Assembly (NCBI GenBank): GCA_963746845.1 | Contig: CAVVCZ010000006.1 | Coordinates: 320,001-384,000 of the forward strand | Source: an uncultured Chloroflexia bacterium | Lineage (GTDB): Bacteria; Chloroflexota; Limnocylindria; Limnocylindrales; CSP1-4 | Direction: 5' to 3' | DNA: 64,000 bases | Part shown: positions 1 to 9,136 of the stretch, in pieces | Position numbering within the stretch: position 1 is the first letter of the stretch | Layout of the letters: each line of letters begins with the position of its first letter | Made by a program: the position numbers and the translations under genes | The notes under the pieces: model-generated | Databases searched by the model: none | What the model was told of the DNA's origin: nothing | Seen by the model: the letters and a program-made list of their open reading frames with translations, nothing else

Positions 1-1
1 C

Positions 2-238
2 CATGACCGCCAGCTGGCCGAGGCCCGCGACCTCCTCGCGAGCCAGGGCGTGACGGCCGAGATGATCGAGCCCGCCGGGGATCCGGCCGTGACGATCGAG
101 CGGATCGCCGACCAGGGCGGGTTCGACACGGTGATCGTCGGATCGCGCGGCCTGGACGCGGTGTCACGGTTCCTGCGTGGCAGCGTCTCCGAGCATGTCG
201 CGGTCCACGCCCGGGCGACGGTGATCGTCGCTCGCTGA
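2..238 (+). CDS. Universal stress protein (Usp), 5'-truncated by window edge
   Basis: GDPA..I...A..GGFDTVIVGSRG....RFLRGSVSEHV is the Usp C-terminal motif; frame open from base 2. Confidence 0.9.
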   Translation, partial: HDRQLAEARDLLASQGVTAEMIEPAGDPAVTIERIADQGGFDTVIVGSRGLDAVSRFLRGSVSEHVAVHARATVIVAR

Positions 239-334
239 GCGCGCTCGGGGCAGCGCGCTGGTCCGGCGCCGGCACGTGAGGGGGGTGCCCGGCGCCGGCC
301 AATTCCTGCGGGGAGGGCCGCCCGGCGAGCGACG

Positions 335-856
335 TCAGGCCGCGAAGGGGACCGTTGCGCGGACGTCGAGGATCACGTCGACAATCCCGCCGTCGCCCCG
401 TCCGAATGTGACCGGGCGGCCGGTCGAGCGGATCAGCCCGATGACCGCGCCGTTCGACCAGCGCATCGACGCGCTCAGCCGGGTGTAGCCGTGTCCGCGC
501 GCCCAGGCGATCGCCCGCTCGAGCAGCTCCCGGCCGATCCCGTGCCGCTGCCAGCGATCCGCGACGGCGATCGCCATCTCGACCGTCTCGTCGTCGACCG
601 GCTCCAGGCAGATGTGGCCGACGATCACGGTCCGGCCGCTCTCATCGGCGGACTCCGCGACGAGCCCCTCGCGATGCCGGTGATCCGGGCCGCAGAAGAG
701 GCGCGCCGCTCGCTCGCCGATCCCCGGCGTCGCGCCGAGGAACCGGGCCTCGAGGGCGTCCGTCGACAGGCCGGCGTAGAACGCGGTCAAGGCGGGCCGA
801 TCGCTCGGGGCGATCCGTCGCACGGGGCAGCCGGTGGAATCGGTCCGGGGCCTCAT
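335..856 (-). CDS. GNAT N-acetyltransferase (Pat-like GNAT domain)
   Basis: FYAGLS.DALEARF, EMAIAVADRWQRHGIG acetyl-CoA motif A; C-terminal part of long spurious ORF 335..2698, ATG at 856. Confidence 0.8.
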   Translation of the reverse strand: MRPRTDSTGCPVRRIAPSDRPALTAFYAGLSTDALEARFLGATPGIGERAARLFCGPDHRHREGLVAESADESGRTVIVGHICLEPVDDETVEMAIAVADRWQRHGIGRELLERAIAWARGHGYTRLSASMRWSNGAVIGLIRSTGRPVTFGRGDGGIVDVILDVRATVPFAA

Positions 857-892
857 GTTGCGAGTGGACCACGCCCGGTCAACCCTCGGGCA

Positions 893-958
893 GGTCCGAA
901 CGGCCCGGATGCGGCCGCCGGATGGCCCGTGCCGGTCGGAGCGGCGTCCAAGTAGGCT
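893..958 (+). promoter_or_regulatory. Paired 14-bp DevR/DosR-like boxes (893-906, 915-928) plus -10 TAGGCT (953-958)
   Basis: GGTCCGAACGGCCC and CCGCCGGATGGCCC start 22 bp apart; -10 lies 6 nt before ATG 965 (leaderless). Confidence 0.55.
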
Positions 959-964
959 GCCGTC

Positions 965-2236
965 ATGCAACTCGTCTCCGCTGCCGAGGCGACGGCGGTC
1001 GTTCGCTCCGGCGACCGGGTCTACGTGCACTGCGCCGCCGCGACCCCGTCCGTCCTGCTCGACGCGCTCGTCGCACGCGCCCCCGACCTGCACGACGTCA
1101 CGGTGGTCCACCTCCACACGGAGGGCCCGGGCCCGCACCTCGCCCCGGAGATGGCCGGCCACTTCCGGCACCGCGCCCTGTTCATCGGGCCGAACGCGCG
1201 AGCCGCGGTCAACGAGGGGCGGGCCGACTACGTCCCGATCTTCCTGTCCGACGTGCCGCGGCTCTTCCTCAGCGGGGCGCTGCCCCTCGACGCCGTGCTC
1301 GTCAACGTCACCCCGCCCGACGCCCACGGGTTCTGCTCGCTCGGGACGAGCGTCGAGGCGATGCACGCCGCGATCCGCTCCGCCACGACGGTCATCGCCC
1401 AGCTGAACCGCTCGATGCCACGGACGCTCGGCGAGAGCTTCATCCACGTCGACGATATCGATCTCGCCGTCGAGGTCGACGTGCCCCCGTACGTCCCCCA
1501 GGCACCCGCGATCGGCGACATCGAGCGACGGATCGGGGCGCATGTCGGCGAGCTCGTGCCGGATGGGGCGACCCTCCAGCTCGGGATCGGCGCGATCCCC
1601 GCCGCGACCGCGCTCGCCCTGACCGACAAGCACGACCTGGGGATCCACACCGAGATGTTCACCGACGGGGTCGCCGACCTGGTCGAGGCGGGCGTCGTGA
1701 CCGGAGCCGCGAAGGAGCGCAACCGGGGCAAGATCGTGACGGCCTTCCTCATGGGGTCGGCCCGGCTGTACGACTTCGTCCACGACAACCCGATGGTCGA
1801 GATGCGCTCGGTCGACTTCACGAACGACACGCACGTGATCCGCTCGTTCAACCGGATGGTCTCGATCAACTCGGCGATCGAGGTGGACCTGACCGGCCAG
1901 GTCGTCGCCGACTCGATCGGGCACGCGCTCTACTCCGGCGTCGGCGGGCAGATGGACTTCATCCGGGGCGCGGCGCTGGCGCCCGAGGGACGCTCGGTCA
2001 TCGCGCTGCCGTCGACCGCGGCGGGTGGAACGGTCTCGCGGATCGTCGATCACCTCCGGGAGGGCGCCGGCGTCGTGACGACGCGGGCCCACGTCCGGAC
2101 GGTCGTCACGGAATGGGGCGTCGCCGAGCTCTTCGGGCTCAGCCTCCGCGAACGCGCAAAGGCGCTGATCGCGATCGCCCACCCGGACTTCCGGGCCGAG
2201 CTGCGGCGCGAGGCGACCCGGCTGCATCTCGTCTAG
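965..2236 (+). CDS. Acetyl-CoA hydrolase/transferase (4-hydroxybutyrate CoA-transferase-like)
   Basis: TLQLGIGAIP, LGIHTEMF, SINSAIEVDLTGQV, SGVGGQMDFIRGA, VVTEWGVA. Confidence 0.93.
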   Translation: MQLVSAAEATAVVRSGDRVYVHCAAATPSVLLDALVARAPDLHDVTVVHLHTEGPGPHLAPEMAGHFRHRALFIGPNARAAVNEGRADYVPIFLSDVPRLFLSGALPLDAVLVNVTPPDAHGFCSLGTSVEAMHAAIRSATTVIAQLNRSMPRTLGESFIHVDDIDLAVEVDVPPYVPQAPAIGDIERRIGAHVGELVPDGATLQLGIGAIPAATALALTDKHDLGIHTEMFTDGVADLVEAGVVTGAAKERNRGKIVTAFLMGSARLYDFVHDNPMVEMRSVDFTNDTHVIRSFNRMVSINSAIEVDLTGQVVADSIGHALYSGVGGQMDFIRGAALAPEGRSVIALPSTAAGGTVSRIVDHLREGAGVVTTRAHVRTVVTEWGVAELFGLSLRERAKALIAIAHPDFRAELRREATRLHLV

Positions 2237-2287
2237 GCGCGCGCCCGCGGCCACCGGATCGCCGGCGGCGGGACGACTGGCGGCACC

Positions 2288-2323
2288 GGGCCGAATGGCC
2301 CGCGTCGAGACGACGAACGGCGC
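2288..2323 (+). promoter_or_regulatory. Paired DevR/DosR-like boxes (2288-2301, 2310-2323)
   Basis: GGGCCGAATGGCCC palindrome and weaker ACGACGAACGGCGC 22 bp downstream; CACGCT candidate -10 at 2347-2352. Confidence 0.5.
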
Positions 2324-2380
2324 TGGGCGATGACCCCGCCGCGGTCCACGCTCGTGGCAGGTTCGAACGGAGGGTCTGCC

Positions 2381-2794
2381 ATGCTCGTCCAGCTCCTGGT
2401 CGCCGGGTTCCTGCTCGGACATGCGGCGCTCCACATCGCGTTCATCGCCCCGGCCCCGCCGGCGACCGCCGACGGGCCCGCGTGGCCGTTCACCACCGCG
2501 GACTCGTGGCTCTTCACGCGGCTCGGCGTGCCGTCCGATACGGCGCGGCTCGTCGCCATCGCGCTCGTCGCGGCCACGATCGCCGGGTTCGCGCTGGCCG
2601 CGATCGTCGCGCTCGGCTTCCTGCCCGAGGCGATCTGGGTCCCGTCGATCCTCATCGGTGCCGTCGCGTCGCTCGGCCTGCTGGTGACCTGCTTCCACCC
2701 GTGGCTGGCCCTGGGCGTCGTCATCGACGTCGCCCTGATCTGGGCCTGCCTGATCGCGGGCTGGACCCCCGGTGGATCGGAGTCGGCGGTCTGA
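2381..2794 (+). CDS. Hypothetical multi-pass membrane protein
   Basis: About four hydrophobic segments; GGAGG upstream of ATG 2381 (ORF track start 2330). Confidence 0.7.
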   Translation: MLVQLLVAGFLLGHAALHIAFIAPAPPATADGPAWPFTTADSWLFTRLGVPSDTARLVAIALVAATIAGFALAAIVALGFLPEAIWVPSILIGAVASLGLLVTCFHPWLALGVVIDVALIWACLIAGWTPGGSESAV

Positions 2795-2820
2795 TCCGCC
2801 CGCGTGGAAAGGAGCTCACC

Positions 2821-3339
2821 ATGAAGGTCCTCGTCACCGCCGCGTCGAAGCACGGCTCGACCGCGGAGATCGCGTCCGTGATCGCCGCCGTCCTCCGGAC
2901 ATCCGGCATCGAGGTCGACGTCACGCCGCCCGAGTCGGTCGAGGCGATCGACGGCTACGACGCCGTCGTTCTCGGGTCCGGCGTGTATGCCAGCCACTGG
3001 CTGCAGCCGGCCAAGGCGTTCGTCGACCGCTGGGAGGACGACCTCGGCGAGCGGCCCGTGTTCCTCTTCTCGAGCGGACCGCTCGGGGAGCTCCCGAAGC
3101 CGACCGAGGATCCCATCGATGTCGAGGAGATCGATCGGCATACCCATGCAGTCGACCACCAGGTCTTCGCCGGTCGGCTCACTCGCAGTGAGATGAGCCT
3201 GCCGGAGAAGATGATCCTGACGGTCGTTCGCGCGCCGGACGGCGACTTCCGGCCGTGGGACGACATCTCGGACTGGGCGAACGAGATCGCCCGCTTCCTC
3301 CTCGGAACGTCGACCGCGGCGGAGGTCGGCCCCGGCTGA
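2821..3339 (+). CDS. Flavodoxin-domain protein (HemG-like)
   Basis: MKVLVTAASKHGSTAEIA, YDAVVLGSGVY, FLFSSGPLG, DFRPWDDI; AAGGAG RBS. Confidence 0.88.
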   Translation: MKVLVTAASKHGSTAEIASVIAAVLRTSGIEVDVTPPESVEAIDGYDAVVLGSGVYASHWLQPAKAFVDRWEDDLGERPVFLFSSGPLGELPKPTEDPIDVEEIDRHTHAVDHQVFAGRLTRSEMSLPEKMILTVVRAPDGDFRPWDDISDWANEIARFLLGTSTAAEVGPG

Positions 3340-3397
3340 CGGCGGCGGCGCGCGTGGCCGCACGGCGAGCTCCCTGGGTGGCCGCGCGACGAGGACA

Positions 3398-3428
3398 AGA
3401 CGGGCCGGCCCGATGGGCCGGCCCGTCT
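3398..3428. terminator. Perfect 14-bp hairpin between convergent genes
   Basis: AGACGGGCCGGCCC-GAT-GGGCCGGCCCGTCT. Confidence 0.6.
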
Positions 3429-3456
3429 CGCAATGGAGGGGCGTTGGACGCCGTCC

Positions 3457-4533
3457 CTACGGCGTGATCGCGACCTTCAGGACGCCGTCGAGGCGTCCGC
3501 TGAACACCCGGTAGGCCTCACCGATCTGGCTCAGCGGGAACCGATGGGTCAGCAGGGGCGTGGGATCGAACCGTCCGGACCGGACGGTGGCGATCAGCCG
3601 GCTCATCCGCTCCTTGCCGCCGGGGCAGAGCGTCGTCACGATCCGGTGATCACCGAGCCCGGCAGCGAACGCCGAGTACGGCATCTCGAGCTTCCGGGAG
3701 TAGACGCCGAGGCTGGACAGCGTCCCGCCCGGCCGCAGCGACCGGAGGGCGCTCTCGAACGTCTGCTGCGTCCCGAGCGCCTCGATCGCGACGTCCGCGC
3801 CGCGACCCTGGGTCCGATGCATGACCTCCTCGATGACGTCGACCTTCGTGAAGTCGAGGGTCACGTCCGCGCCCATCCGCTTCGACATCGCCAGGCGGAC
3901 CGGGTCGCTGTCGACCCCGATGACCTGGGCGGCGCCCATCAGCCGGGCCCCGACCGTCGCACACAGCCCGATGGGGCCCTGGGCGAACACGACGACGGTG
4001 TCACCGATCCGCACGCCACCGGACTCGGCGCCCGCGAACCCGGTCGACGCGATGTCGGCGAGCAGGACGACCTGCTCGTCGGTCACGTCGTCCGGGATCA
4101 GGGCGAGGTTCGCCTGGGCGGACGGGACGAGCAGGTACTCGGCCTGCGCGCCGTCGATCGTGTTGCCGAACCGCCAGCCGCCGATCGCCTCGTAGCCGGA
4201 CCCATGACCGCACTGGGACAGGTGGCCGGAGAGGCAGGCATGGCACTGGCCGCAGGGCGTGATCGCCCCGACCAGCACCCGGTCGCCGACGTCGTAGCCG
4301 GTGATCCCGGATCCGAGCTCCTCGATGACGCCGACCGGCTCGTGCCCGAGGACGAGGCCAGGGCGGACCGGATACTCACCCTTGACGATGTGGACGTCCG
4401 TCCCGCAGATCGTCGTCAGCGTGACGCGGATCAGGGCCTCGCCCGGTCCCGGCCGCGGTCGGCCCACCTCCTCGATGGAGAACTCGTTCGGGGCCCGGAA
4501 GACATTGGCCCGCATGGTGTCGATCGCGATCAT
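3457..4533 (-). CDS. Zn-dependent alcohol dehydrogenase (MDR family)
   Basis: ICGTD, GHEPVG, C..C..C.......C structural Zn site, QGPIGL. Confidence 0.92.
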   Translation of the reverse strand: MIAIDTMRANVFRAPNEFSIEEVGRPRPGPGEALIRVTLTTICGTDVHIVKGEYPVRPGLVLGHEPVGVIEELGSGITGYDVGDRVLVGAITPCGQCHACLSGHLSQCGHGSGYEAIGGWRFGNTIDGAQAEYLLVPSAQANLALIPDDVTDEQVVLLADIASTGFAGAESGGVRIGDTVVVFAQGPIGLCATVGARLMGAAQVIGVDSDPVRLAMSKRMGADVTLDFTKVDVIEEVMHRTQGRGADVAIEALGTQQTFESALRSLRPGGTLSSLGVYSRKLEMPYSAFAAGLGDHRIVTTLCPGGKERMSRLIATVRSGRFDPTPLLTHRFPLSQIGEAYRVFSGRLDGVLKVAITP

Positions 4534-4609
4534 CTCGGCGCTCCCTTCGCTGTGCACGGTGAATCCAGATCGCTGATCCGAGGCTGGTCTCCGGGCCGCT
4601 TCGGTGCCA

Positions 4610-4645
4610 GTGCCGAAGGTCCCGTCCGACGGGGCGGGCCGGCCC
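4610..4645 (-). promoter_or_regulatory. Paired DevR/DosR-like boxes upstream of ADH
   Basis: Minus strand GGGACCTTCGGCAC (4610-4623) and GGGCCGGCCCGCCC (4632-4645), 22 bp apart. Confidence 0.55.
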
Positions 4646-4662
4646 TCGGGCAAGATGCGCGG

Positions 4663-5199
4663 ATGACCGATCGACCTCCGCGGATCGTCCTCGTCGGGAT
4701 GATGGGATCGGGCAAGACGACCGTCGGCCGGGCGCTGGCGACGGCGCTGGGCTGGCCCTTCCTCGACAACGACGAGCTGGTCCGGGAGATGACCGGGCGG
4801 ACCGGGCCGGAGCTGTTCGCGGCCGACGGGGAGCTCGCGCTCCACCGGGCCGAGCGGGCCGCGTTCGGCGACGCGATCGGGCGACCGACGCCGTCCGTCG
4901 TGACGGCAGCCGGGTCCGTGATCGACGATCCCTGGCTGCGCGCCGCGCTCCCGAACGCGGGCTGGGTCGTCTGGCTCGATGCGGAGCCGGCGACGCTCGT
5001 CGCGCGGATCGCCGCCGGCGAGGGGCGCCGATCGGATGCGCCGGACGTCGGATGGCTGTCGACGCTGTTGATCGCCCGGTCGCCGCTGTGGACCGCGGTC
5101 GCCGACCAGATCGTCGAGGTCGACGGACGGGGCGTCGAGGAGGTCGTCGGCGCGATCCTGTCGGCGTCCGGACTGGGCCGGGAGTCGTCAGCCGGCTGA
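4663..5199 (+). CDS. aroK: Shikimate kinase family protein
   Basis: IVLVGMMGSGKTTVG P-loop, FLDND, VVWLDA, VDGRGVEEV. Confidence 0.75.
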   Translation: MTDRPPRIVLVGMMGSGKTTVGRALATALGWPFLDNDELVREMTGRTGPELFAADGELALHRAERAAFGDAIGRPTPSVVTAAGSVIDDPWLRAALPNAGWVVWLDAEPATLVARIAAGEGRRSDAPDVGWLSTLLIARSPLWTAVADQIVEVDGRGVEEVVGAILSASGLGRESSAG

Positions 5200-5958
5200 C
5201 GACTCCGGGGCGACGACGTCGGCCAGCGCGCCGTGCAGCTCGATCGAGTGCGTCCGCAGCCAGCGACGCCAGACGAGGTGGTCCGGGCGCCGCGACGCGA
5301 CGACCGCCCAGAAGCGTGGGCCGTGACCGAACACCCGGAGATGGGCGAGCTCGTGGATCACGACGGTCTCCAGCGCCTCGGGCGGCGCGAGGATGAGCCG
5401 CCAGCTGAACATCAGGCGACCCTGGCGTGACGCGCTCCCCCAGCGGCTCCGTGGGTCGCGGATGCTGATCGTCGCGGGCCGGACCCCGAGGGCCATCGCG
5501 TGGTCGTCGATCGTCGCCTCGAGGGCGACCCGGGCCTGCTCGCGGAACCAGCCGTCGAGGACGCGGGCGATCGCGTCCCGGTCGCGAGCGGCCGGCGCCA
5601 CACGGAGCTCGAAGCCGTCCGGCCGGACGATCCGCGCGACGGTCGATCGGCGGGCCGGCGTGATCGGGGCGATCCGGAGGCGGTGAAGCTCCCCGCGGAA
5701 GCGGATGACCGCTCCGTCGGCGAGACCGCCGCGGGCGGCGAGCTCGGCGCGCTCCCGGGCGCGCCGGTCCAGGTGGCGGCGGATCCAGGCATCGCGGTCC
5801 TGGAGGAACGCGTCGATCCGGGCTTCCGGGTGCGCCCAACCGCGACGGCTCGGCGGCGGCACGGTGACGACGAGGCCGAGCTCGGGGTCGATCGTGATCC
5901 GGAGATGGCGTGACCGCGCCGAATGGCGCAGGGTGTAGGCGACGGGCGAGCCGCTCAG
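5188..5958 (-). CDS. M48/SprT-like metallopeptidase (YgjP/DUF45 family); start uncertain
   Basis: RSRWGSAS, FSWRLILAP, VVIHELAHL..HGPRFW. Confidence 0.85.
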   Translation of the reverse strand: MSGSPVAYTLRHSARSRHLRITIDPELGLVVTVPPPSRRGWAHPEARIDAFLQDRDAWIRRHLDRRARERAELAARGGLADGAVIRFRGELHRLRIAPITPARRSTVARIVRPDGFELRVAPAARDRDAIARVLDGWFREQARVALEATIDDHAMALGVRPATISIRDPRSRWGSASRQGRLMFSWRLILAPPEALETVVIHELAHLRVFGHGPRFWAVVASRRPDHLVWRRWLRTHSIELHGALADVVAPESSAG

Positions 5959-6404
5959 CGCGCCCGGCCCTCGCGCAGGGTCGCGACCGCCTTCTCGATC
6001 CGTCGCGCGCGGGTCTCGTCGCTCTTCGCGGCGTTGATCGGATCGACCCAGAACCGCTGGTTGCTGTAGGACAGGCCGTCGAACGTCGCGCGTGCGGCCG
6101 GCACGGCGTCGAGCGCGGCGGCCAGGTCGTCCGGCACCGCCATGACGCGCGGCGCGGTGTCGAGCACGACCTCGACGTCGATCATCTCGCCGCCGCGGAC
6201 GCCCGTCGCCTGCCGGACCGCCTCGCTCACGCCGATCATCGGGCCGCCGTTCACCGTGGCGACGCTGCTCCGATACGTGAACCCGTTGATCGTCACCGAC
6301 ACCTTCGGCGCCTTGCCGGCCCCGAGGGCCGTCATGACCTCTTCGGGGACCTGGATGCCCGTCGCCGTCTTCGAGCTCTGGAAGAGCTCCGTCCGGAATT
6401 GCAT
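5955..6404 (-). CDS. DUF1905 / YdeI-OmpD-associated family protein
   Basis: VTINGFTYRSS, VPDDLAAAL, FDGLSYSNQR, AKSDETRARRIEK. Confidence 0.88.
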   Translation of the reverse strand: MQFRTELFQSSKTATGIQVPEEVMTALGAGKAPKVSVTINGFTYRSSVATVNGGPMIGVSEAVRQATGVRGGEMIDVEVVLDTAPRVMAVPDDLAAALDAVPAARATFDGLSYSNQRFWVDPINAAKSDETRARRIEKAVATLREGRAR

Positions 6405-6476
6405 GCCCGTAGCGTGCCACAGCCTGTATCGTCCGCGGCGCGCACCCCATTTCCTCGTCCCAGGAGCGAGCGTGGC

Positions 6477-7076
6477 ATGGACGTCGTCCTTCTCGGGTTC
6501 ATCGCCGGGTTCATCTACGGCGGCTACCGATCCGGGTTCCTGAAGCGACTGTTCGGGATCGTCTTCGTGGTCATCGCGCTGCTGGCCACGGCGTACCTCC
6601 GGTACCCGGTGGCCGCGATCGCCTCGGCCCTCTTCAAGGACATCCCGGCGGACTACGCCGAGCTCGTCGCCGCGATCATCGTCTTCCCCGCCGTCCTCGC
6701 CGCCCTGCACCTCCTGAGCGGGACGATGATCGAGCGGATCCACGTCCAGGGCCTCACCCAGGCCGTCGATGGCGCCCTCGGCGCGGTCCTCGGGTTCGTC
6801 GAGGCGATCCTCATCCTGTCGGCCCTCGTCGTGATCGTCGACGCCTATTTCGGCTCGTCGTCGACCGCGATCGCCGGCGTGTCGACCGGCTACGTCAAGG
6901 ACATCGTCAAGGCGTTCAATGCCTCGGAGACGGTGCGGCTGCTCCGCGACACGACGGTCCCGTTCGTGGTGGCGATCCTCGGCCCGCTGCTCCCGAAGGA
7001 CCTGGGCGAGGTCGTCCCGAAGGGCCTGCCGGGCATCCCGGGCCTCCCCGGTGGCAGCGGCCTGCCGATCCCGTAG
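6477..7076 (+). CDS. CvpA (colicin V production) family membrane protein
   Basis: MD......GYRSGF, DGALGAVLGFVE hydrophobic pattern. Confidence 0.8.
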   Translation: MDVVLLGFIAGFIYGGYRSGFLKRLFGIVFVVIALLATAYLRYPVAAIASALFKDIPADYAELVAAIIVFPAVLAALHLLSGTMIERIHVQGLTQAVDGALGAVLGFVEAILILSALVVIVDAYFGSSSTAIAGVSTGYVKDIVKAFNASETVRLLRDTTVPFVVAILGPLLPKDLGEVVPKGLPGIPGLPGGSGLPIP

Positions 7077-7175
7077 CGGACCGACCGCGGACCGCCCGTC
7101 CCGACTAGCCCGGATCGTCGATCCCGCGCGTCTACCCTTCGAGGGCCGCCGGACGAGCGGCCAGACGAGGGGCCG

Positions 7176-7712
7176 ATGACCGTCGAGGCGATCCGAAGCC
7201 GCCGCCCACAGACGCTCGCGGACCTCCTCGAGGCACACGGGCGGGAGATCCAGGCCGTCGCCTGGCTGATCCTGCGCGACCGCCCGCTCGCCGAGGACGT
7301 GACGATCGAGACGCTGCTGACCGCGTTCGAGAAAGGCGGCTCGATCCGCGACGACGCCGCCCTCCGGCCGTGGCTCCTCCGGGTCGCGACGAACCGGGCA
7401 CTGAGCATCCGCCGATCGTCGTCGCGGGTCGTGGACCTGACGCTGGTGCCGGACCGGGCGGCACCCGGAGACCTGGCCGTCGACTCGGCGGATCACCTCG
7501 TCCTGCTCGCCGGCGTCGCCGATCTGCCGCTCCAGATGCGCGCCGCGGTCGTCCTCCGCTACTACGCCGACCTCCCGGTCGAGGAGGTGGCACGAGCGCT
7601 CGGCAAGAGCCCGAACACGATCAAGGCCCAGCTCCAGACCGCGCTCGACCGGCTGCGCCGGTCGCTCGCCGACCCGGCCGTCCCGTCGGCCACGGAGGCC
7701 CGCCATGCATGA
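7176..7712 (+). CDS. ECF RNA polymerase sigma-70 factor
   Basis: AEDVTIET, WLLRVATN (region 2); LP.QMRAAVVLRYY.DL..EEVA..LG.S.NTIK (region 4). Confidence 0.9.
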   Translation: MTVEAIRSRRPQTLADLLEAHGREIQAVAWLILRDRPLAEDVTIETLLTAFEKGGSIRDDAALRPWLLRVATNRALSIRRSSSRVVDLTLVPDRAAPGDLAVDSADHLVLLAGVADLPLQMRAAVVLRYYADLPVEEVARALGKSPNTIKAQLQTALDRLRRSLADPAVPSATEARHA

Positions 7713-9123
7713 CGAGATGCTCGAGCGGCGTCTGCGCGACGCGCTCCGGTCGGAGGGCGACGCCCTCGGCCTGACGATCACGGCCGCCGAGCTGGAGCGG
7801 CGGCTGGCGCTGCGACGACGCCGCGGGGTCGGCAGGACGGCGACGCTGCTGGTCGCGGCCGGGATCGGGATCGGGATCCTCGGCGTGGCCGGAGCGGCCG
7901 CGGGCTGGTTCGACCGGGTGACGCTGCCCCCGGGCCCGGCGCCGTCGACCGCACCGGCGCTCGTGAGCAAGACATCACCGTCGCCCGTCGCGTCGCCGCC
8001 GGCGAGCGCGGCGCCGCCCGAGCTGCCGACGCTCGACGCGCTCATCGCCGCGGGCGATCCCTCGACGGTCGTGCTCGCCCAGGCCCATGGACCTGCCGAG
8101 GGACCGGCCGCCCTACCGCCATCGGTGTCCGTCGATCCGCCGCGCGTGCAGCTGGCGCTGCCACCGGGCCCCGGGGACTACGAGGCGACGTTCGCGTGCA
8201 TCAGCGGCGGCCGGATGGGCTACTTCGTCAAGGATCCGGCGAGGTTCGGCGTGCTCGTGACGCCGGACACCGCATGCGACGGGTCGCTCACGACGAAGAC
8301 GTTCCGGGACCAGGGCACGCTGCTCGATCTCGTGGCCGAGGCGCCGCAGGCCAGCTGGCGCGTCGTCGTCCGCCGCCTCTCTGCACCCTCGGGGCCGATC
8401 GACGGGGTGACCGAGCCGCCGGTCGACCCCGGCCAGGAGGAGTTCGCGCGGACGACGGACCAGGACGTCGGTGGGAGCCCCTCGACGGAATCCGCGACGC
8501 CCGGGGCATCGATCGTGCCGGTCCGGATCGTCAGCCTCCCGGCCCGCCGCGGGTACAACCTCAGCCTGTCGTGCCTGGGGGCGCCCTTGATGCGGATCGT
8601 CTTCGGGGACGACTCGACCGATCCGCCGGTCGCCGACACGGACACGCAGGTGTTCTGCGACGGCATCGTCCACAGGCACGAGCTGTCCATCGCCTACCCG
8701 AACGGCACCAGCGTCTACGTGACGCCGGTGGCCGGAATGACGTGGCGGCTCGTCGTGTCGTCGGACGCCGCGCCGATCCAGCTGATCGATCGCGAACCCG
8801 GCTGGCGGCTCTCGACCGGCCTGGGACCGAGCTTCCGGTTCGATGCCGCCGAGCAGGGCCTCTCCCTGTACGCCCACGATCGACGGGGTCCGGTCCGTGT
8901 CGCCGTCTCGTGCGCGGGTGATGGGATCGCGAACATCAGCCTCGAGACGGGGGCCCCCGCGGGTTCGAAGGACGCATTCGAGGTCGACTGTCGCGCCGGC
9001 GGCGGCTCGGTCGATCGGACGGTGGACCTGCCGGGCGGCAACGTCCAATTGACGTATCAGGTGCCGTCCCGGACCTGGATCGCGGTTTCCGCTCTCGTGC
9101 CCGAACCGTCCGCAGCGCCGTGA
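7705..9123 (+). CDS. Putative transmembrane anti-sigma factor with three extracellular Cys-pair repeats
   Basis: Overlaps sigma gene; LERRLRDAL N-terminus, RRRR plus TM helix, Pro/Ser linker, repeated beta-rich domains. Confidence 0.7.
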   Translation: MHDEMLERRLRDALRSEGDALGLTITAAELERRLALRRRRGVGRTATLLVAAGIGIGILGVAGAAAGWFDRVTLPPGPAPSTAPALVSKTSPSPVASPPASAAPPELPTLDALIAAGDPSTVVLAQAHGPAEGPAALPPSVSVDPPRVQLALPPGPGDYEATFACISGGRMGYFVKDPARFGVLVTPDTACDGSLTTKTFRDQGTLLDLVAEAPQASWRVVVRRLSAPSGPIDGVTEPPVDPGQEEFARTTDQDVGGSPSTESATPGASIVPVRIVSLPARRGYNLSLSCLGAPLMRIVFGDDSTDPPVADTDTQVFCDGIVHRHELSIAYPNGTSVYVTPVAGMTWRLVVSSDAAPIQLIDREPGWRLSTGLGPSFRFDAAEQGLSLYAHDRRGPVRVAVSCAGDGIANISLETGAPAGSKDAFEVDCRAGGGSVDRTVDLPGGNVQLTYQVPSRTWIAVSALVPEPSAAP

Positions 9124-9136
9124 CGGCGCCGGCGCA

